Source: Gemmatales bacterium
GTDB taxonomy: Bacteria; Planctomycetota; Planctomycetia; Gemmatales; HRBIN36
Reading direction: 5' to 3'
Assembly: GCA_041640595.1 (NCBI GenBank)
Contig: JBEPZY010000003.1
Coordinates: forward strand, 380,342-444,341
DNA length: 64,000 nucleotides
In this document: piece by piece, positions 49,290 through 59,919 of the stretch
Numbering within the stretch: position 1 is the first letter of the stretch
How the letters are laid out: every line of letters begins with the position of its first letter
Translations under genes and position numbers: made by a program
The notes under the pieces: model-generated
The model's database searches: none
What the model was told of the DNA's origin: nothing
The model's input: the letters and a program-made list of their open reading frames with translations, nothing else

Positions 49290-50857
49290 ACCTGGATTGT
49301 CGTTGGGTGTTGCAGAGCGGCCTGGATGTCCGCTGGCAAGAGTGTGTCCATCTGGGCATCGTTGCGCAACCACATTCTTTCGAGGATTTGCGGGCGGAGT
49401 TGCAAAAACACCTCGGCCAGATGGGGGTCGAACTGGGTACCGGCATGTTTGCGAATCTGCTGGAACGCTAAATCCGCGGGCATGCCGGGGCGGTAGGGGC
49501 GATTGGAAGTCATGGCGTCAAAGGCGTCTGCCAGGGCCACGATTCGCGGCAGCAGATCAATTTCCTCGCCTTTCAGGCCGTCGGGATACCCTTTGCCGTC
49601 CCAGCGTTCGTGATGGTGGCGGACAATCGGAATGTAGGGGCGCAGGTCGGGTAGCGTTTCCAGGATCGCCGTTCCTTTGATGGTGTGGGATTTCATGATT
49701 TCGAATTCTTCCTGGGTGAGTGGCCCGGCTTTGCGGAGGATACGATCGTCTATGCCGATTTTGCCGATATCGTGCAGGGGAGTGCCAATTTCGAGAATGC
49801 GGCGTTTTTCGGGGGGAAGCTTGATGGCATCGGCGAGCATGAGCGCATATTCGGTGACGCGCAGCGTGTGGCCGCCGGTGTATGGATCGCGCATTTCCAC
49901 TGCCTGGGCCAGGGCGGTCACGGTTTGGACAAACATCTCGCGTTGCTTTTCCAGAAGCTGAGCACACTCGATGCTTGCCGACACACTGGCAGCCAGAGCG
50001 TCGGCCAGGCGTAAGTCCTCCTCGGTGAATGGCGACTGCGAGAAATGGCGATCCAGATGGAGCACGCCGAGTTTTTTGCGTGGCGAACGCAACAAGGCAC
50101 AGATAATGGACGACATGGCTCCTTCCATGATGCTGGAACTGGCCTTCAACTCGTTCGAAACACGAACATCGCGGCACAGGAGCGACTCTCCCTGAAGGAA
50201 GCAGCGTTGCGCTAAACTGCTGCTGTACCAGGTGCGGGTGGCCAGTTCCCGTTCCCCCGTGGAAACCGCACGAATCTTGAGTTGCGCTTCCCGCTCGTCC
50301 CACAGCACAATAGCGGCGCGCTGGGCGTCCAGAGCCCGTACCGTATCTTCCAAAATGGCCTGCAGCAGTTCATCCAGCGATTCGCTGTGTGTCAGATGGT
50401 AGCTGGCCCGCAACAGTACCAGCAAGCGATCACCCGCCTGGGGTTTATCACTGAGCACCCCTGCCGCAACTTGTAATGCCTGGTCCCAGCTATGCTGAGC
50501 GCTGGATTCAACTAAGAAATTCTTGGAAGGGGTCTCCACAGGAAACCTGGGGGTTTCCTCTTCGACGACCACCGCCAGGAATAACACATTGCCGCACTGT
50601 AACAGATCGCGGGGTCGAATACGCCGTTCGACCATGCCCACCCGCACGCCATTGAGAAAGGTGCCGTTGGTGCTGCCCAGGTCACGCACCACCCAGCCCT
50701 GATCGGTGTAATGGATTTCGGCATGCCGGCGACTGACAGAAGGATCGTTGATAACGACCTCCTGACCTTCCAGCCGACCAATGCGCAAGGTTCCACTCGA
50801 TTCCCAATACCGACCTTCCCATTGAGGACTGACCGCTTTCAGGCGAATACGCGGCAC
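49265..50857 (-). CDS. FHA-GAF-HD-GYP cyclic dinucleotide phosphodiesterase
   Basis: FHA IGR..SVSRRHA..DLGSTNGT; GAF region; RDPYTGGH, LHDIGKIGI, HHERWDGKGYPDGL; GTG start after GAGGAG. Confidence 0.9.
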   Translation of the reverse strand: MPRIRLKAVSPQWEGRYWESSGTLRIGRLEGQEVVINDPSVSRRHAEIHYTDQGWVVRDLGSTNGTFLNGVRVGMVERRIRPRDLLQCGNVLFLAVVVEEETPRFPVETPSKNFLVESSAQHSWDQALQVAAGVLSDKPQAGDRLLVLLRASYHLTHSESLDELLQAILEDTVRALDAQRAAIVLWDEREAQLKIRAVSTGERELATRTWYSSSLAQRCFLQGESLLCRDVRVSNELKASSSIMEGAMSSIICALLRSPRKKLGVLHLDRHFSQSPFTEEDLRLADALAASVSASIECAQLLEKQREMFVQTVTALAQAVEMRDPYTGGHTLRVTEYALMLADAIKLPPEKRRILEIGTPLHDIGKIGIDDRILRKAGPLTQEEFEIMKSHTIKGTAILETLPDLRPYIPIVRHHHERWDGKGYPDGLKGEEIDLLPRIVALADAFDAMTSNRPYRPGMPADLAFQQIRKHAGTQFDPHLAEVFLQLRPQILERMWLRNDAQMDTLLPADIQAALQHPTTIQVQSEAAGA

Positions 50858-51206
50858 AGGAGTTCTCCTCAAGCAAGTCTGGGCACAACCCAGGTGCAGG
50901 CAGGCGAGGATTGCTTCGGGCTGGGCTGCCAGCGCAGCGCAGTGAGCCGATTTGCCATCGGCAGCACCAGGTTTTCCCGCAGTCCAAGCAACTATAGCTC
51001 ACGTTTTTCCGCAAAAAGTCGCTTTAGACGCGCTATTCGATACCTTTCGTGCTTCGATTACGCTCAGACCGAAAAAACCAGATGGCGGATGGAAAAAATT
51101 TCAGTTCGGTTGACGCTGGCAGTTCATCGGGCAGACTTGAATGACTGGTCGGGACGGCGACTTTGCCAACCGAGCCATTGCAACATCGGCTACAGGAGCG
51201 AACCCA

Positions 51207-51467
51207 ATGAAGCGCGTGGTGATTCTGGCCACAGCGGTGATGGTGATGAATGGCTGTGCGAGTTGCCCCTCGCATCCGTGGCTGAGCCGATTGTTTCGCC
51301 GCGATTGTCCGCCCGTGTTAGAAGCACCGCCTGCGACTTCCCTGACGGTGCCTGCTCCTGTGGTGACCGAAGCTCCCCCGCTACCGCCACCGCGAGTTTC
51401 GGAAATGATGCCGAGTCCCCGGCTGGCTCCCGAATATCCGGCTCCGCCCAATTCCCACCAGCCTTAG
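51207..51467 (+). CDS. Small Pro-rich putative lipoprotein
   Basis: AGGAG RBS; MKRVVILATAVMVMNG|C lipobox-like. Confidence 0.65.
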   Translation: MKRVVILATAVMVMNGCASCPSHPWLSRLFRRDCPPVLEAPPATSLTVPAPVVTEAPPLPPPRVSEMMPSPRLAPEYPAPPNSHQP

Positions 51468-51559
51468 TACCGTTTCGTGGACCGGACTGCACCTGTCTGC
51501 TCCGTGCTGGTGTGGCATCCTAGATCGCTTTAGTACCGTCCCGCGGGCTGACTTGCACC
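51461..51559. repeat. Degenerate 33-bp direct repeat, period 66, duplicating the lipoprotein stop codon
   Basis: gccttagtaccgtttcgtggaccggactgcacc (51461) vs gctttagtaccgtcccgcgggctgacttgcacc (51527). Confidence 0.6.
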
Positions 51560-51839
51560 GAGTCGGTTCTGCAAGCGGTATCATTGATTCTCCGAACTCA
51601 TCGGCAAAGCGTATGTAACGGTGTCCGAGACCGGCACCGGTTGCAACCTTTTCGCCGCAGCCATTTGCAACTTTTTCGTTTGACGAACAGGGGCGAAGTT
51701 CGTACACTGCATCGGCGCTTTTACCCGGTTGGCGTCGCGGTTCCGGGGTGGGAAGTCGGACAAAGCCCGGCTAATCGCGGCCCATTTCCCTACCACTCCG
51801 GACTCGCCTTCGCCAGCAACCAAGGAGCAAAGAAAAGCT

Positions 51840-54560
51840 ATGGCGAAAAAATACGTCTATTTCTTCGGTGGCGGCAAAGCGGAAGGCACGGCCGAGATGC
51901 GCGATCTGCTCGGTGGCAAAGGGGCCAACCTCGCCGAGATGACCAACATTGGCCTGCCTGTGCCACCGGGCTTCACCATTACCACGGAAGTGTGCACTTA
52001 CTACTACGCTCACAATCGCACGTACCCGCCCGAACTCAAGGAGCAGGTGGATGCGGCGCTCAGGCGAGTCGAGGAACTGGTCGGGGCCCGTTACGGTGAC
52101 CCGAAAAACCCCCTGCTCGTTTCCTGCCGATCCGGGGCGCGGGCCAGCATGCCGGGCATGATGGATACCGTGCTCAATATCGGTTTGAATGACCGCACCG
52201 TTCAGGGGCTCATTGAGCAAACCAACAACGAACGTTTTGCCTGGGATGCCTATCGCCGGTTTGTCGCCATGTACGGCGACGTGGTGCTGGGACTCAAACC
52301 GCAGTCCAAGACCGAGATAGACCCGTTCGAAAAAATCCTCGAAGACATGAAACACCGTCGCGGTGTCCACTATGACACGGAGTTGACGACGGCCGATCTG
52401 AAGGAACTGGTGCGCTTGTTCAAGCAGGCGATTCGTGAACGGCTGGGCAAGGAGTTTCCCGAAGACCCGTATGAGCAGCTCTGGGGAGCGATCGGGGCGG
52501 TGTTCGGTTCCTGGATGAACGATCGGGCAGTGGTCTATCGCCGGCAATTCAACATTCCGCACGACTGGGGCACCGCCGCCAACGTCCAGGCGATGGTCTT
52601 CGGCAACATGGGCGAGGATTCATGCACCGGTGTGTGTTTTACCCGCGACCCGGCCACTGGAGAAAAGGTGCTCTACGGCGAGTATCTGACCAATGCTCAG
52701 GGTGAGGACGTAGTCGCCGGTATCCGCACGCCCAAGAAGATTGCCGAACTCAAGCACGAAATGCCGGCTGTTTACGAACAACTCGAACGCATCCGCGAGA
52801 TTCTCGAACGGCATTACCGCGATATGCAGGATATCGAGTTTACGGTGCAAAAAGGCAAGCTCTACATGCTGCAGACCCGCAACGGCAAGCGAACCGGTTT
52901 CGCGGCGGTTCGCATCGCCGTGGATATGGTGGACGAAGGTTTGATCACCAAGGAGGAAGCTCTCAATCGTGTCGAACCGGACGCGCTGAACCAGTTACTG
53001 CAGCCGATCTTCGACCCGGAGGCCAAACGCCGCGCTATCGCGGAAGGTCGCCTGCTGGCCAAGGGAATCAATGCCGGGCCTGGTGCAGCCACGGGCAGAA
53101 TCGTCATGCACGCCAGCGACGCGGAAGCCTGGACCCAGCGAGGTGAAAAGGTCATCCTGGTACGCCGCGAAACCAGCCCCGAAGATATCCGTGGCATGAC
53201 CGTAGCGCAGGGAATCCTGACCGCGTTCGGTGGCGCCAGCAGTCACGCTGCTCTGGTCAGTCGGCAGATGGGCAAAGTCTGCGTGGTCGGTTGTGGTGCG
53301 CTCAACATCAACTACGAAGCAGGCGAAATTCGCGTCGGCAACAGAGTGCTCCGCACCGGCGACTGGATCAGCATTGACGGATTCACCGGCGAAGTGCTGG
53401 AAGGTCAGGTGGCTACTCGACCCAGCGAGGTCGTGCAGGTGCTTTTGGAGAAAAGCCTCAAACCGGAACAGTCCCGCGTTTATCAGCAATTTGCGGAACT
53501 GATGGCCTGGGCCGACGAGAAACGCAAACTCGGTGTGCGCACCAACGCCGATCTGCCTAACCAGGCCGCTGAGGCTATCGCGTTCGGAGCCGAAGGAATC
53601 GGTTTGTGCCGCACCGAACACATGTTCTTCGAGGGCGACCGCATTGACGCCATGCGGGAAATGATCCTTGCCGAAACCACCGAGGATCGCCGCAAGGCAC
53701 TGGCGAAATTGTTGCCGTATCAGCGGGGCGATTTTGAGGGCATATTCCGCGTGATGCAGGGTCGTCCGGTGACCATCCGCACGCTTGACCCACCGTTGCA
53801 TGAGTTCTTGCCGCAGACGGAAGAAGAGCAGGCGAAACTGGCGAGCAAACTCGGCGTGCCGCTCGAAAAAGTGCAGCGGCGCGTCCGCGAATTGCACGAA
53901 TTCAACCCGATGCTTGGTCATCGTGGTTGCCGACTCGGTATCACCTACCCCGAAATCACCGAGATGCAATGCCGGGCCATTTTCGAGGCCGCCTGCAAAG
54001 TGCAAAAAGAAGGCATCCCGGTCGAACCGGAGATCATGATCCCGCTGGTCGGTTTCCCACGCGAGTTACAGGAGCAGGCGAAAATCGTTCATCAGGTGGC
54101 CGAGCAGGTCTTCCGCGAACAGGGCGTGCGTGTGCCTTACAAAGTCGGCACCATGATCGAAGTGCCGCGGGCCTGTGTCGTCGCGGATCAGATTGCCGCC
54201 GAAGCTCAATTTTTCAGTTTCGGCACCAACGACCTGACCCAGATGACCCTGGGCATGAGCCGCGACGATTACGGCGCTTTCATCCGCGAGTACATCGAAC
54301 GCGATATTGTGCCCCGCGATCCGTTCCAGACCATTGACACCGAGGGCGTGGGCGAGTTAATGCGCATGGCCGTGCAGAAGGGCCGCAGTAAACGCCCCGA
54401 CCTGAAAGTCGGCATCTGCGGTGAACATGGCGGCGATCCCGACACGGTCAAGTTCTGCCACAAAATTGGTCTGGATTACGTCTCCTGCTCGCCGCGACGT
54501 GTGCCGATTGCCCGACTCGCCGCTGCTCAGGCTGCTTTGAAAACCAGCAAGTCCGACTAA
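51840..54560 (+). CDS. ppdK: Pyruvate, phosphate dikinase
   Basis: [35 protein letters not shown] (phospho-His), [27 protein letters not shown]. Confidence 0.98.
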   Translation: MAKKYVYFFGGGKAEGTAEMRDLLGGKGANLAEMTNIGLPVPPGFTITTEVCTYYYAHNRTYPPELKEQVDAALRRVEELVGARYGDPKNPLLVSCRSGARASMPGMMDTVLNIGLNDRTVQGLIEQTNNERFAWDAYRRFVAMYGDVVLGLKPQSKTEIDPFEKILEDMKHRRGVHYDTELTTADLKELVRLFKQAIRERLGKEFPEDPYEQLWGAIGAVFGSWMNDRAVVYRRQFNIPHDWGTAANVQAMVFGNMGEDSCTGVCFTRDPATGEKVLYGEYLTNAQGEDVVAGIRTPKKIAELKHEMPAVYEQLERIREILERHYRDMQDIEFTVQKGKLYMLQTRNGKRTGFAAVRIAVDMVDEGLITKEEALNRVEPDALNQLLQPIFDPEAKRRAIAEGRLLAKGINAGPGAATGRIVMHASDAEAWTQRGEKVILVRRETSPEDIRGMTVAQGILTAFGGASSHAALVSRQMGKVCVVGCGALNINYEAGEIRVGNRVLRTGDWISIDGFTGEVLEGQVATRPSEVVQVLLEKSLKPEQSRVYQQFAELMAWADEKRKLGVRTNADLPNQAAEAIAFGAEGIGLCRTEHMFFEGDRIDAMREMILAETTEDRRKALAKLLPYQRGDFEGIFRVMQGRPVTIRTLDPPLHEFLPQTEEEQAKLASKLGVPLEKVQRRVRELHEFNPMLGHRGCRLGITYPEITEMQCRAIFEAACKVQKEGIPVEPEIMIPLVGFPRELQEQAKIVHQVAEQVFREQGVRVPYKVGTMIEVPRACVVADQIAAEAQFFSFGTNDLTQMTLGMSRDDYGAFIREYIERDIVPRDPFQTIDTEGVGELMRMAVQKGRSKRPDLKVGICGEHGGDPDTVKFCHKIGLDYVSCSPRRVPIARLAAAQAALKTSKSD

Positions 54561-55321
54561 TTTTCCCGGCTTTCAGGCAGACGGCGGGGCAGCTTGACCG
54601 TGAAAGTCGTACCGCGACCCACCAGGCTTTCGACACGAATACGGCCCTGGTGGGCTTCAATGATTTGCCGGCAGATGCTCAAACCCAACCCGGTCCCTCC
54701 CTGACCATTTTCGTCGGGCTGCCTGGTGGTGTAGAACGGCTCGAAAATGGTGCGTAATTTGTCCGCAGGAATACCGACGCCCGTATCCTGGATGACAATC
54801 TCCACCATGTCGGTCTGCGGATTTTCGCGTACCTGCACCGTGAGTTGTCCACCTTGCGGCATAGCCTGCCGAGCATTGAGGATCAGGTTGAGCAGCAGTT
54901 GCTGGATCTGCCCGGGGACCACGGGAGCCTGAGGTCGGCCCTGATAATTCTTTTCCAGGCGGATTTTATGACGCTGCAGGTCGCGTTCGGTGAGGGCGAG
55001 TACCTCCTCGACCAGCGCGACGATGTCGGTCATCTCCCGACGCAGATTGTTTTTGCGGAGCAATCCCAGCAAACTGAGCGTGATGGTCATGCCGCGCTGA
55101 CTGGCCTTGAGAATCCGTTCGAGAGCGTCGCGGCGTTCCTCATCGGAGTCGGCCTGCAAACCCAGCCGCGCGAAATTCACAATCGTGGTCAGCAGGTTGT
55201 TGAACTCGTGGGTGATGCTCGAGGTGAGCAAACCGATCTGGCTGAGCATTTGCAGCCGTGCTATCTGCTGGCGTAGCTGTTCGACTTCCGTCGCTGGAGA
55301 TTCCTGCACGGAAGTGGTCAT
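54557..55321 (-). CDS. Cytoplasmic histidine kinase (HisKA plus HATPase, no sensor domain)
   Basis: H-box [10 protein letters not shown]-box [26 protein letters not shown]. Confidence 0.9.
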   Translation of the reverse strand: MTTSVQESPATEVEQLRQQIARLQMLSQIGLLTSSITHEFNNLLTTIVNFARLGLQADSDEERRDALERILKASQRGMTITLSLLGLLRKNNLRREMTDIVALVEEVLALTERDLQRHKIRLEKNYQGRPQAPVVPGQIQQLLLNLILNARQAMPQGGQLTVQVRENPQTDMVEIVIQDTGVGIPADKLRTIFEPFYTTRQPDENGQGGTGLGLSICRQIIEAHQGRIRVESLVGRGTTFTVKLPRRLPESREN

Positions 55322-56026
55322 GCCGGTTCGCCTCCTTGCCCGCAGGGGGACGCCGCAACTTTCCCCCGGCTGGTTTTCCACCAGCCGCATCCGCGCTTTG
55401 ATCCGGGTCAGATTGCCGACTGGCATAGGTATCGGTTGCCCGGCAAGGCGAACTTCACCGCAACTCTCGGTGGCAGCGCTTGTTAAGACAAGAAGCTGGA
55501 CGAAAGTGGCGAGAATGAAATCACTGGGGCTGGTTGCAGCCGACTAAGCCAACTATTGCCTCTGGCGAGATGCGGTAAAAGAGACAATCTGCCATGGCCT
55601 TACTGCCGTCCGGACGGAATCGTTTGTGCGGGCTGCTCTTTGGGTCCCGCAGCATCTCCGTCTGGCTGGAACATGCCTCTACCAGGTGGACACGGAGCCT
55701 CGGGGCACCAGAGGGTCTCCATTTCCGTCGCGCTGGAAGATCGCCCTTGTGTGTCAGCCGATAAGCCTGACTGTAGCCAAGCAACCAACCCGCTATTTCC
55801 GTCGCGCTAAAAGATTGCCCTTCCGTGGCGTGCTTTGGTGCCTGCAAAACAATGAAAGGTTGACGCGGATGCGACAGCTTCCCCGGCGTGTCTTGCCGCC
55901 CAGGAAGTGAACCGACCAGCGGCAACGCATTTACCAAATCCCGGCTGACTGACACCGACCGCTCTTGAATGGACATGCGAAAGCCGCGCGAAATACACGT
56001 TTCCATGTGCAATCGCGTCGCACACG

Positions 56027-56701
56027 CCACGGGGGGCTTACGCCCCCCGCTCCTGGTGCTGTTGCAACGACCGTTCGCCGGAAAGAATGGCGATTTCTGC
56101 GGTGCACAAACGCATATTCCCAGGAGCGTCGCACGTCAGTCCGCCGTGGGTGTGATTATCGTGCTTGCAAGGGGAAACGATTTCGTCATCAGCGGGTACG
56201 GTCATGAACGAGAGCGTCGCACGTCAGCCCGCTGTGGGTGTGGCCGGGCGAGTGTTGTCGGTAATGTGCTGGAAACGCACCTGTAAGCGCGTTTGCGAAA
56301 CCACGGGGGGCTTACGCCCCCCGCTCCTGGTGCTGTTGCAACGACCGTTCGCCGGAAAGAATGGCGATTTCTGCGGTGCACAAACGCATATTCCCAGGAG
56401 CGTCGCACGTCAGCCCGCCGTGGGTGTGAGTGTCGCGCTTGCAGCGGGAAACGATTTCGGGATGACCGGCTATGGTCATGAGCAAGAGCGGCGGGCGTCA
56501 GCCCGCCGTGGGCTGCAAACCGCATCTCCAACAGCAATGCGATGAATTTCCGCGTTTCGAGTTCGCATGCGGAGGGTATTCCACGGGGGGCTTACGCCCC
56601 CCGCTCCTGGTGCTGTTGCAACGACCGTTCGCCGGAAAGAATGCCGATTTTTGCGGTGCACAAACGCATATTCGCAAGAGCGGCGGGCGTCAGCCCGCCG
56701 T
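56027..56701. repeat. REP/BIME-like cluster: three about 120-bp elements bounded by inverted REP hairpins plus solo REPs
   Basis: ccacggggggcttacgccccccgctcctgg...gtcag(c/t)ccgccg starting at 56027, 56301 and 56581. Confidence 0.9.
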
Positions 56702-56744
56702 TTTTTGTTAGCACGGTCGTAGAGCCGTTCGGTCAGCGGCAAGC

Positions 56745-56928
56745 AAGCCGTCGCCTGTTCGGCAGGATTGCCGCATCGCCGCTGGGCCAGCGAAACGAAA
56801 ACACACCCAACGCCGACTAAGCCGTCACCCATTCGGCAGGATTGCCGCATCGCCGCTGGGCCAGCGAAACGAAAACACACCCAACGCCGGCTAAGCGGTC
56901 GCCCATTCGGCAAGATTGACGCTTCGCC
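56745..56928. repeat. Three 36-bp repeats separated by two near-identical 38-bp spacers (period 74)
   Basis: Repeats at 56745, 56819, 56893 (aagc.gtc.cc..ttcggca.gattg.cgc.tcgcc); spacer gctgggccagcgaaacgaaaacacacccaacgccg(a/g)ct. Confidence 0.85.
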
Positions 56929-57168
56929 AGGTTTGCCAGCCTTTGTTTCTGTGATGTTGACTTCCTTGAGCGGTTGCCCATGCGACAAGACTGCCGTTTT
57001 GCCAGTGTCAGCGTGGTCTTTTGTCGGAAATAAGGCTGCGTGCAGCGCGAGTGAATCCAGACTGGACAAAGGCCCGCGGGAGCAGATCGGTTTCTTCGGC
57101 AGCTGAACGTCCTATTTCATGTCGCGGCGATCTCCAATATGCTTCTCACCAGAGCCGCTGGCCCAGGA

Positions 57169-57535
57169 TCAACGCTCATGGCAATCGCTGCGATGCAGGG
57201 ACATTGCCGTCGCTGAGCTGGTCCCCGCTTACAGCTCACGCTCGTCCCAATCGCTGCGATGCAGGGGAGACTTTTGCGCTCGCTTTTGTCCGTGGGGCAT
57301 GTGTCACGCCGACCGCAATCGCTGCGATGCACGAGCATTGCTTCCACCCGGCTTGTCGCTGATGACAGGTCGCAGTCATCGGAATCGCCGCAATGCAGGG
57401 GGCAATGATAATGGCCTGGCCGCTGATGAAAACAGGGGACTCCTGCGAATCAGAATCGCCACAATTCCGGCGCGATTGCGAGCCCGGCGGTTAGCGACAA
57501 CCTGAACCGCTCGCTCATCGGGATCGCTACCCAGA
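57169..57535. repeat. Degenerate 5-6 unit array, period about 67
   Basis: aatcgctgcgatgca core at 57183, 57249, 57317; degenerate copies at 57383, 57454, 57522. Confidence 0.75.
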
Positions 57536-57555
57536 GGGTAATTGGGGAAATAGCC

Positions 57556-58302
57556 GTGGCTTCGCTGTCGGTCTGGTTGCAGCAGCGCTTTCGTGAACTG
57601 TTATTCGGGGTGCGAGATTTCGTCTTTCCCCCGATTTGCTGGCTATGCGGTCAGGTCATGGAAACCGAGCCGGATTTTTGCCGTTCCTGCCAGGAGAGAT
57701 TTCGAGAATCTTACCGTCGCGCCTGCTGGCGTTGTGGGCGGAGTGTGGGGCCATTTGCCGATACTTCGGGCGGTTGTGATCGGTGTGCGGGAGAGCATTA
57801 TCCGTTCCGGTCGGTGCGGCGGTTAGGGCGATACGAAGGCGTGCTGCGTGAGGCCATTCTGAAAATCAAGCATTTGAACGGCGAAGGACTGGCCGTGGCA
57901 TTAGGCCGATTGCTGGGTCAGATGTTAGCCCAGACCGATTGTCCGTGCGACGCGGTGGTTCCTGTGCCGTTACACTGGCTTCGCTACTGGCAACGCGGTT
58001 ACAATCAAGCCCAGGCCATCGCGGAAGGGATCGCCCAGGTGCTGGGTAAACCGGTTCTGCCACGATTGCTGCGCCGCCAGCGTTATACGCCCAGCCAGCC
58101 AAACCAGCCGGTAACCAGGCGTGAGGAGAATTTACGGGGCGCGTTCGCTTTAGGGCGGGGAGCGTCGCATCTGCCCTCGGCGATCTTGCTTGTGGACGAT
58201 GTGATGACCACGGGCAGCACCTTGCGGGAAGCGGCCCGAGTGTTGCGTTCTGCCGGGGTGCGACAAATCCATGTCGCGGTTCTGGCCAGAGCCGAACACT
58301 GA
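57556..58302 (+). CDS. comF: ComF family protein (Zn ribbon plus phosphoribosyltransferase)
   Basis: CxxC motifs, VPVPLH..RGYNQA, LLVDDVMTTGSTL. Confidence 0.92.
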   Translation: MASLSVWLQQRFRELLFGVRDFVFPPICWLCGQVMETEPDFCRSCQERFRESYRRACWRCGRSVGPFADTSGGCDRCAGEHYPFRSVRRLGRYEGVLREAILKIKHLNGEGLAVALGRLLGQMLAQTDCPCDAVVPVPLHWLRYWQRGYNQAQAIAEGIAQVLGKPVLPRLLRRQRYTPSQPNQPVTRREENLRGAFALGRGASHLPSAILLVDDVMTTGSTLREAARVLRSAGVRQIHVAVLARAEH

Positions 58303-58799
58303 ATCGGAATGAGTGACACCGAGCAGTCCGCCCGGCAGACGAGGGCGCGGTCGCGCCCAGGAAATTCGCTGATGTTTGGCGACGCAGCGGAAACTACGTT
58401 GCAGGCGCAGCTGCACCTTCGCGGGACGAATCGGCTTTTGTGCACTGCTGAGCCACGGCGAAAGAAATCCGGCAAAAAGAGAAAACTGTAGGGGGCAAAA
58501 TCTTCGTGGGCAAATGAAATCGAGGTCGGCAAATGCTGGCGCAGTTTCTGGAGTTTACTTCTGTTTGCCAGGCCGCGAATTTTGTGCCTGTCGTGCAACC
58601 GTTGCGATGCGCATTATGCCGAGTTTGTCGCAGGCATTTTTGCTCAAGTCGCAGGTGCGCAGCGTTGACACTGCCTCGGGCCAAAAGTAAACTTCAGGCG
58701 AACTCGGCAAGCTCCGGGCGGTCGTGAAACAAGCTTCTCCACACCATCCTTTTCGGCCGCGAATCACCCAGCCGACAGCGCGGCCCAGCGGGGTCCGGC

Positions 58800-59558
58800 A
58801 TGCACACCTATCAGCTCTACCAGCAACTGGCCGCAGCTTCTCAGACGCCGGAAAGCGGATTTTACCTCTCGGAATTATCCACACCGGCGCGCTGGCCGTT
58901 ACTGACCTTCCTGCCCACAGCTTACGAACCAGGCTATGCCTATCCGTTGCTGGTGTTTTTGCACGGTCGCGGTGGCAGCGAACGCCAGTTGATCCCCTGG
59001 ATGCCAGCTCTGTCGCAGCGCAATTATGTGGCGATCGCTTTGCGTGGCCTGCAAATGGTTCGTTGCGGCAAGTGCCGGCGTGGAGCTGCTTCGGTCGGCT
59101 TGCGGTCGCAGCCTGGTTACACCTGGCGACTACCGGCCAGCGCAGATGGTGCTATCGAAGAGTATGTGTTCGAAGCCATCGCCCAGACGCAACAACGTCT
59201 GCATATTCACCCGCAACGCATTTTCCTGATGGGTTTCTGCGAGGGTGCAGAAGTGGCGTATCGGCTGGCGTTGCGGTATCCGGAGCGGTTTGGCGGGCTG
59301 GTGGTGCTGAACGGGGCGTTGCCATCGTGCCGACCTTTGTTGCGATTGCCCCAGGCTCGCCAGCTGTCGGTCTTTATCGCCCACGGCATCGCCAATGCCG
59401 TCTTACCGTTATCCGCCGCACGGCAAGCAGCTTCCCTGCTGTACACGGCCGGGCTCAACGTGCAGTTTCGCGTTTATCCCACCACTCACCGGCTCCATCC
59501 GGCCATGTGGCAGGATGCCAACCGCTGGCTGATGCAACTGATCACCGCCCGACCGTAA
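58800..59558 (+). CDS. Alpha/beta hydrolase (phospholipase/carboxylesterase-like) with atypical active site
   Basis: YPLLVFLHGRGG, RIFLMGFCEGA, FIAHGIAN, YPTTH. Confidence 0.8.
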   Translation: MHTYQLYQQLAAASQTPESGFYLSELSTPARWPLLTFLPTAYEPGYAYPLLVFLHGRGGSERQLIPWMPALSQRNYVAIALRGLQMVRCGKCRRGAASVGLRSQPGYTWRLPASADGAIEEYVFEAIAQTQQRLHIHPQRIFLMGFCEGAEVAYRLALRYPERFGGLVVLNGALPSCRPLLRLPQARQLSVFIAHGIANAVLPLSAARQAASLLYTAGLNVQFRVYPTTHRLHPAMWQDANRWLMQLITARP

Positions 59559-59919
59559 TCGCTGGCCATTTATGGCGAGCGTTCGTGAGGCTACCGCGCG
59601 TGGCCACTTGTTACTTACGAGCATTGCCCGCCGCGTCATGGGCGTTTGCAACCTTGTCCGTCTGCGTTAAGAGACGTATTCCAGGTCTCTGCCGCACGGT
59701 GCAAACAAGCCCTGCTGTGTGGGAACTAAAACGCTGCCAGGTTCGTCAAAAAGCTAAGACCGGGGGACTGCTGCCGAGCTTGGCGATCTTTGCCGGGGTT
59801 TTTAGCAAATCCGCAGGAACCAGCATCGCTGTCCGCTATCGTGCCAGGCGATAACCGGACGATTTAGCCGCCTCTCCGATCAATCCCATACGTAACAAAC
59901 CAACCACCGTGGGTCATCT

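Noticed and set aside
58724..59854. 376-aa ORF overlapping the hydrolase gene
   Set aside because: Alternative frame without motifs; the 58800-59558 frame has clear alpha/beta hydrolase signatures.
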